The notes beneath the pieces were generated by a model that saw nothing but the letters and a program-made list of their open reading frames with translations, searched no databases and was not told the origin of the DNA. Shown piece by piece: positions 59,163 through 64,000 of a stretch of 64,000 bases of DNA. Within the stretch, counting starts at the first letter, position 1; each line of letters opens with the position of its first letter. Origin of the DNA: an uncultured Thermoplasmatales archaeon (GTDB lineage: Archaea > Thermoplasmatota > Penumbrarchaeia > Penumbrarchaeales > Penumbrarchaeaceae). A program made the position numbers and the translations under genes. The DNA is taken from NCBI GenBank assembly GCA_963807965.1, contig CAWEDU010000007.1:25865-89864 (forward strand), in the 5' to 3' direction.

Positions 59163-62100
59163 ATGAACGATAATGAGAAAGAAGGTCAGACCCAGCTAAG
59201 TGATTCGGTCGCCCTCGAAGAGGAGGTGCTAGCACGCTGGAGAGACCTCGATATAATTAGAAGGCTCCTCCGCCACAACGAAGGGAAAGAATATTTCAGA
59301 TTCCTGGAAGGACCTCCCACTGCAAACGCTCCTCCAGGAGTCCACCATATCTTCGCAAGGACCATTAAGGATACTGTTGACAGACACCGGAACATGAAAG
59401 GTTACTTCGTTCCGAGGATGGGAGGTTGGGACTGCCATGGACTCCCTGTGGAACTGGCTGTTGAAAGGAAACTTGGCATCGAGAACAAGGACCAGATTGA
59501 GGAATACGGAATAGAACCTTTCATCAAGGAATGCAGGAGATCGGTGTTCACTTACATCGACCACTGGTCCAAGATGACGGAAAGGATCGGATATGTTCTG
59601 GACCTTGAGGATCCCTACATAACCATGAAGGACTCTTACATAGAATCCGTCTGGTGGTCACTGAAGGAGATATGGAAAAAGGGACTGCTGGAGGAAGGAC
59701 ATCAGATTGTTCCTTTCTGCCCAAGATGTGGTACCTCCCTTTCCTCACATGAGGTCGCCCAGGGTTATAGAGAAGTGGAAGAACCTTCCATCTTCATCAA
59801 GTTCAAGGTAGCCACACAGGAGAACACCTACCTCCTTGCCTGGACCACAACTCCCTGGACGCTTCTTTCAAATGTCGCTCTAGCGGTCCATCCCGACGAG
59901 TTCTACCTGAGGATCAAATACAAGGATCAGGAGATCATCCTTGCAGAGGCAAGGGCTAAGGTCCTGCTTAAGGAGGACCAGTACCGAGGTCCTCCAGAGG
60001 ATCATGGGATCAGATCTGGAGGGATTAAAATATCATCCCCTTTTCGATTTCATGAAACCGGATAAACCAGGATATTTTGTCACGACAGCAAATTTCGTAA
60101 CAATGGATGACGGAACCGGGATCGTTCATATGGCCCCTGCTTTCGGAGAGGACGATTTCCAGGTTGGTATCCAATACGACCTTCCTTTCATCCAGGCAGT
60201 TCATCCCAACGGGACCTTCAAAGAAGAGGTGACTCCCTGGAAAGGGATCTTCGTCAAGGATGCAGACCCATTGATCATCAAGGATCTGGATAAAAGAGGG
60301 CTTCTTGAAGGCGTCCATAACTATGCCCACCAATATCCATTCTGCTGGAGGTGCGACACTCCCCTTCTATACTACGCCAGAAAATCGATCTTTGTAAGAA
60401 TGTCCCGTCTCAGGAAGGAGTTGATGGATAATAATGCACAGATCAACTGGTATCCATCGAACATCAAGAATGGCAGGTTCGGGAACTTCCTTGAGGAGGT
60501 AAAGGACTGGAACCTTTCCAGGGAAAGGTACTGGGGAACCCCTCTTCCAATGTGGAGATGCTCGAACGGACACGATCACGTGATAGGGTCCAGAGAGGAA
60601 ATAAGGGAACTTACAGGGTCAAACGATATTCCCGAACTTCACAGACCATATGTGGACGAGATAACGTTCCCCTGTAAGGAATGCGGGGAGGAAATGAAAA
60701 GGGTCAATTACGTGATTGACTGCTGGTATGATTCGGGATCCTCATTCTTTGCTGCACTTCATTATCCCTTCGAGAACGTGGAAGAGTTCAAGAGGCAATT
60801 CCCCCGGGATTACATCGCTGAAGGGATCGACCAGACAAGGGGATGGTTCTATTCTCTTCTTGCTATTTCAACCACAGTATTCGACGGTCCTTCTTACAAG
60901 AACGTTATCTGTCATGCCCTTGTCCTGGATGGAGAAGGAAAGAAGATGTCGAAATCCAAGGGCAATGTCATCGATCCCTGGGATGTGATTGGTAAGGACG
61001 GTGCTGATGCCATCAGATGGTATCTACTGGCTTCCTCTCAACCATGGAAACCGAAGCTGTTCTCACAAGAAGCTGTCAACGAGGCCAACAGGTCCTTCCT
61101 GGGAACCCTCAGAAACGTACTGGGATTCTACAGGACCTATGCTGGACTTGATGGTTATAAACCAATAGAAAGAACTGATCCAAGCCAGAGGTCAGATGTA
61201 GATAGATGGCTTCTTTCCAGACTCAATTCCCTTGTCAAAGATGTGGATCGGATGATGATGGATTTCGATCTGACCGGATCTTCACAGGCGATCAAATACT
61301 TCGTTATTGAGGACCTCTCGAACTGGTACGTTAGGGTTAACAGGAGACGGTTCTGGGGAAGTGAAGACTCCATGGAGAAGAGGACAGCATATGATACATT
61401 GGCTGAAAGCCTGCTTACTGTTTCTAAGCTTGCCGCCCCATTCGTTCCCTTCCACTCGGAGAAGGTCTATCAGGACCTGGGATTTGAAAGTAGTAAGGAT
61501 TCTGTCCATTTCGAGGACTATCCTGAGTTCGATGAAATGCTCCAAGATAAGGGACTCGAAGAGAAAATGGAATTACTCAAGCAAGTGGTGGAGCTGGGAA
61601 GATCTTCCAGGAGTTCGAAAAATTCAAAGATCAGACAACCTCTCTCTCGAGCGGTTGTGAAGGGATCTGATCCGTTCAGCGAAGGTCTTATCTCGATAAT
61701 CAGATCCGAGCTCAATGTAAAGGAGGTCATCTTCGAAAATGACCTCTCGGCTTACTTCGAGATAACAGCCGAGCCTGACCCGAAGAAGTTGGGACCTAAA
61801 TTAAAAGCTGCATCCAGGAAGGTCACGGAACAGCTTCAAGAGATGGACCCCAGGGAATTGGCCAAAGTGGTAAAGGAAACCGGGATCGAATTGGAAATCG
61901 AAGGGGAAAGCTATCACCTTACAGAAGAGGATTTCAGATTCCACGAGGTCTTGGGCGAGAGGTGGGCGCTTGGTGGAGAGGGTGACCTGGAGGTTATCCT
62001 GGACCTGGAATTGACCGGCGACCTCATCAATGAAGGTGTAGCCCGGGAGGTCGTAAGAAGGATCCAGACAATGAGGAAGGACATGGACCTGGAATACGAT

Positions 62101-62271
62101 GCCAGGATATCCATCTCACTCCATGGGGATCCTCAGATCCTTAAGGGAGTTGAAGCTTTCAGGGAATATATCATCCATGAGACACTTGCCGATTCACTGG
62201 AGATCGATGCTTCAGTAGAAGGAACAGAATGGAAATTGGACCTGGGATCATTGGTCATCAGTATTATTTGA
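59163..62271 (+). CDS. ileS: Isoleucine--tRNA ligase (IleRS2-type) with one +1 frame break at 59985
   Basis: EGPPTAN..PGVHH, GWDCHGLPVE, WTTTPWTL, GTGIVH, EGIDQTRGWFY, KMSKS; the join reads KEDQY|EVLQRIMG. Confidence 0.95.
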
Positions 62272-62322
62272 TCAATTGGAAACCTTCAGATACTCCGACT
62301 TACGTAATGGACAAATGATAGA

Positions 62323-62610
62323 ATGGATGAAGGTAAGGATCAAACACTGGCAATTATCTCATTGATAACTGCACTTGTTGGTTTCGTCATGATGCCCTTT
62401 TCAATGTCGATATTGGCCATTATAACCGGAAGGATCCAATTGAACAAGATCAAGGAGGATCCTCTTAACTATGGCGGAGAGACATTGGCCCTTGTAGGTT
62501 TCTGGATAGGTGTGATCAGGGGTGTGACGTTCCTTATCATCGGGGTATTATCGATTATTTTCATCCTTCTCATATTCGGACTACCATTCATATTCATTTT
62601 AGGCTCATGA
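62323..62610 (+). CDS. DUF4190-like small membrane protein
   Basis: LAIISLI...LAIITG...I..DP..YGGETLALVG. Confidence 0.75.
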   Translation: MDEGKDQTLAIISLITALVGFVMMPFSMSILAIITGRIQLNKIKEDPLNYGGETLALVGFWIGVIRGVTFLIIGVLSIIFILLIFGLPFIFILGS

Positions 62611-62697
62611 TCTCCCTATCCTGCCTTACTTTCATACTCCTCTATAAAAACATTATAATGGTAATCGATAATGTCCGTTCGTTAAGGAAGGGAATCG

Positions 62698-63135
62698 ATG
62701 TCAACATTCTCCAAGGATGTTCGTGTTAACGCTTCAAAAGGAGAAGTGCTCAGGATCGGACAGTCCATACTGGAGGAGATGGGTCTTCTTTTTCAAGATA
62801 GAGATTATTCCCATTTACAATTCAAGGAGAAATACAGGTTCGATCCTTTCAATCCCGTCGAAATGAGAATTGAGGTAAAGGAAAGAGGAAACGAATCCAT
62901 TATCCATCTCGAAGGAGAGAATATGGGTATTGGCCCTTATCAGGACACCCATGTGAAGCGATTGGTCTTCGAGCTAATGGATAGATTGGAAGAATGTCTC
63001 GGACCAGATCATGAATCTTCCAGGATCAAGGACCCAGAGATCGTTAGGGAGCTGGAATTACTTACAAACCTTCACAATAGTGGTGTCCTTACAGACCACG
63101 AATTCCAGAGAGCAAAGAACAGGGTCCTACATTGA
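62698..63135 (+). CDS. SHOCT-domain protein
   Basis: C-terminal ELELLTNLHNSGVLTDHEFQRAK. Confidence 0.8.
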   Translation: MSTFSKDVRVNASKGEVLRIGQSILEEMGLLFQDRDYSHLQFKEKYRFDPFNPVEMRIEVKERGNESIIHLEGENMGIGPYQDTHVKRLVFELMDRLEECLGPDHESSRIKDPEIVRELELLTNLHNSGVLTDHEFQRAKNRVLH

Positions 63136-63283
63136 ATCTCACACATTAGTCGTTTTTGGATACCAGCGGATTCCCACCAATTAAAGTTAAATATTTTAAT
63201 TTCGATGTCGAAAACCACAGGGTGGAAATTGAATTTTTTGTTCATCACGCATTCAATCCTCTCTTCTTAGCCCCACCTTGTTC

Positions 63284-63326
63284 AAACGAGGGGGTTCTCG
63301 TTCGCGAGTGTTTCACCCCCTCGTTT
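63284..63326. terminator. Strong hairpin between convergent genes
   Basis: AAACGAGGGGGT...ACCCCCTCGTTT enclosing CTCG-TTCG-CGAG. Confidence 0.55.
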
Positions 63327-63331
63327 CTCCT

Positions 63332-63760
63332 CTATTTTCTGCGAGCTAAACCTTGATCAAGGACCCTGTTTACCATTTCATCACAGACCTGGATATGGGT
63401 TTCCTCTCTGTTGTGATGGAATATCTTGTATTCAACTCCCCCCAGTAGATCCTTTAATCGGGAATTGAGGTCCCGTACGTTCGAGGATCTGACAGAATAA
63501 TCTCCCAATACTTGTTTCACCAGAAGTTCCGAATCAGAGTGGAGTACAAGATCTTTGAATCCCCTGGACAAGGCCCATTCCATGGCCATGATCATTGCCC
63601 TGTATTCAGCCTGGTTATTGGTTGCTTTTCCTATCCTTCTAGCCATTTTCCGGAGTATCCGATCATTTCCATTTTCAATGACCAGTGCCATAAAAGCGGT
63701 TGCAGCGGGACCAGGGTTTCCCCTTGATCCTCCATCAGTATAAATGTGGACAGTGCTCAG
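63332..63760 (-). CDS. rnhA: Ribonuclease HI (archaeal/bacterial type), probable CTG start
   Basis: IYTDGGSRGNPGPAA, TNNQAEY, DSELLV. Frame extends upstream of the track start to a CTG after GGAGGTG, bounded by an in-frame TGA. Confidence 0.88.
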   Translation of the reverse strand: MSTVHIYTDGGSRGNPGPAATAFMALVIENGNDRILRKMARRIGKATNNQAEYRAMIMAMEWALSRGFKDLVLHSDSELLVKQVLGDYSVRSSNVRDLNSRLKDLLGGVEYKIFHHNREETHIQVCDEMVNRVLDQGLARRK

Positions 63761-63763
63761 AAT

Positions 63764-64000
63764 TCACACCTCCAGGTCTGAAAAATATTCCTCAACATCC
63801 AGAAGGGCTTCATTCAATATCCGATCCTTCATCTCCTTCACACCACAGGCTACCATGAGAACATCTGATGATGTCTCGGTTATCCTCGTTCTAATACAGT
63901 CCCTGTGAGGGTAGAGATGGATAACGCCAAGATCATCGGCCATTACCGGGATCCCAGGCTCTAAAGCCTCCTCCTTCCCCCCTATTCCATGGAAGGTTTC
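63764..64000 (-). CDS. B3/B4 (PheRS-beta editing-like) domain protein, 5'-partial
   Basis: ETFHGIGG...YPHRDCIRTRITE..SDVLMVACGV. Confidence 0.7.
   Translation of the reverse strand, partial: ETFHGIGGKEEALEPGIPVMADDLGVIHLYPHRDCIRTRITETSSDVLMVACGVKEMKDRILNEALLDVEEYFSDLEV

Noticed and set aside
58933-59235. N-terminal 100 aa of ORF 58117-59235
   Set aside because: It overlaps the ileS start and the AT-rich promoter gap; the wHTH begins at MHPLET (58932).
59163-62271. True pseudogenisation of ileS, guaA or scpA
   Set aside because: All motifs are intact with a single break each in normally important genes; error or recoding is more plausible than decay.

Overview
This is a gene-dense archaeal chromosomal window, most consistent with an uncultured Thermoplasmatota (inferred from ScpA with an FHKS motif, an AGT-EndoV fusion, Zn-ribbon KptA, a BHB tRNA intron and GGAGG/GGTG ribosome-binding sites). 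Housekeeping genes include pyrBI, smc-scpA-scpB, pheS, ileS, purE, guaA, kptA, a KH RNA-processing protein, RNase HI, TrmO and a ferredoxin. It also carries several large membrane-anchored surface proteins (S8 protease, PKD, transglutaminase-PKD, beta-helix/FN3), peptidases and two toxin-antitoxin pairs (HicAB, AbiE-like). Main points of interest: (1) an intron-containing tRNA-Ser(GGA) followed by a ~165-168 bp-period array of tRNA 3'-end copies, antisense T-arm copies and hairpin-rich cargo; (2) seven reading-frame breaks, all +1, some in essential genes, each compatible with an NAY codon plus a doubled pyrimidine (probably sequencing error, but worth testing); (3) a CBS+HPF-like putative ribosome hibernation factor; (4) an AGT-EndoV lacking the acceptor Cys; (5) a GVHH-motif IleRS; (6) a five-box operator array at a His-rich PadR; (7) a shared YxDLYGS cytoplasmic-tail motif in two unrelated surface proteins. 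All calls come from reading motifs by eye; no searches were run.
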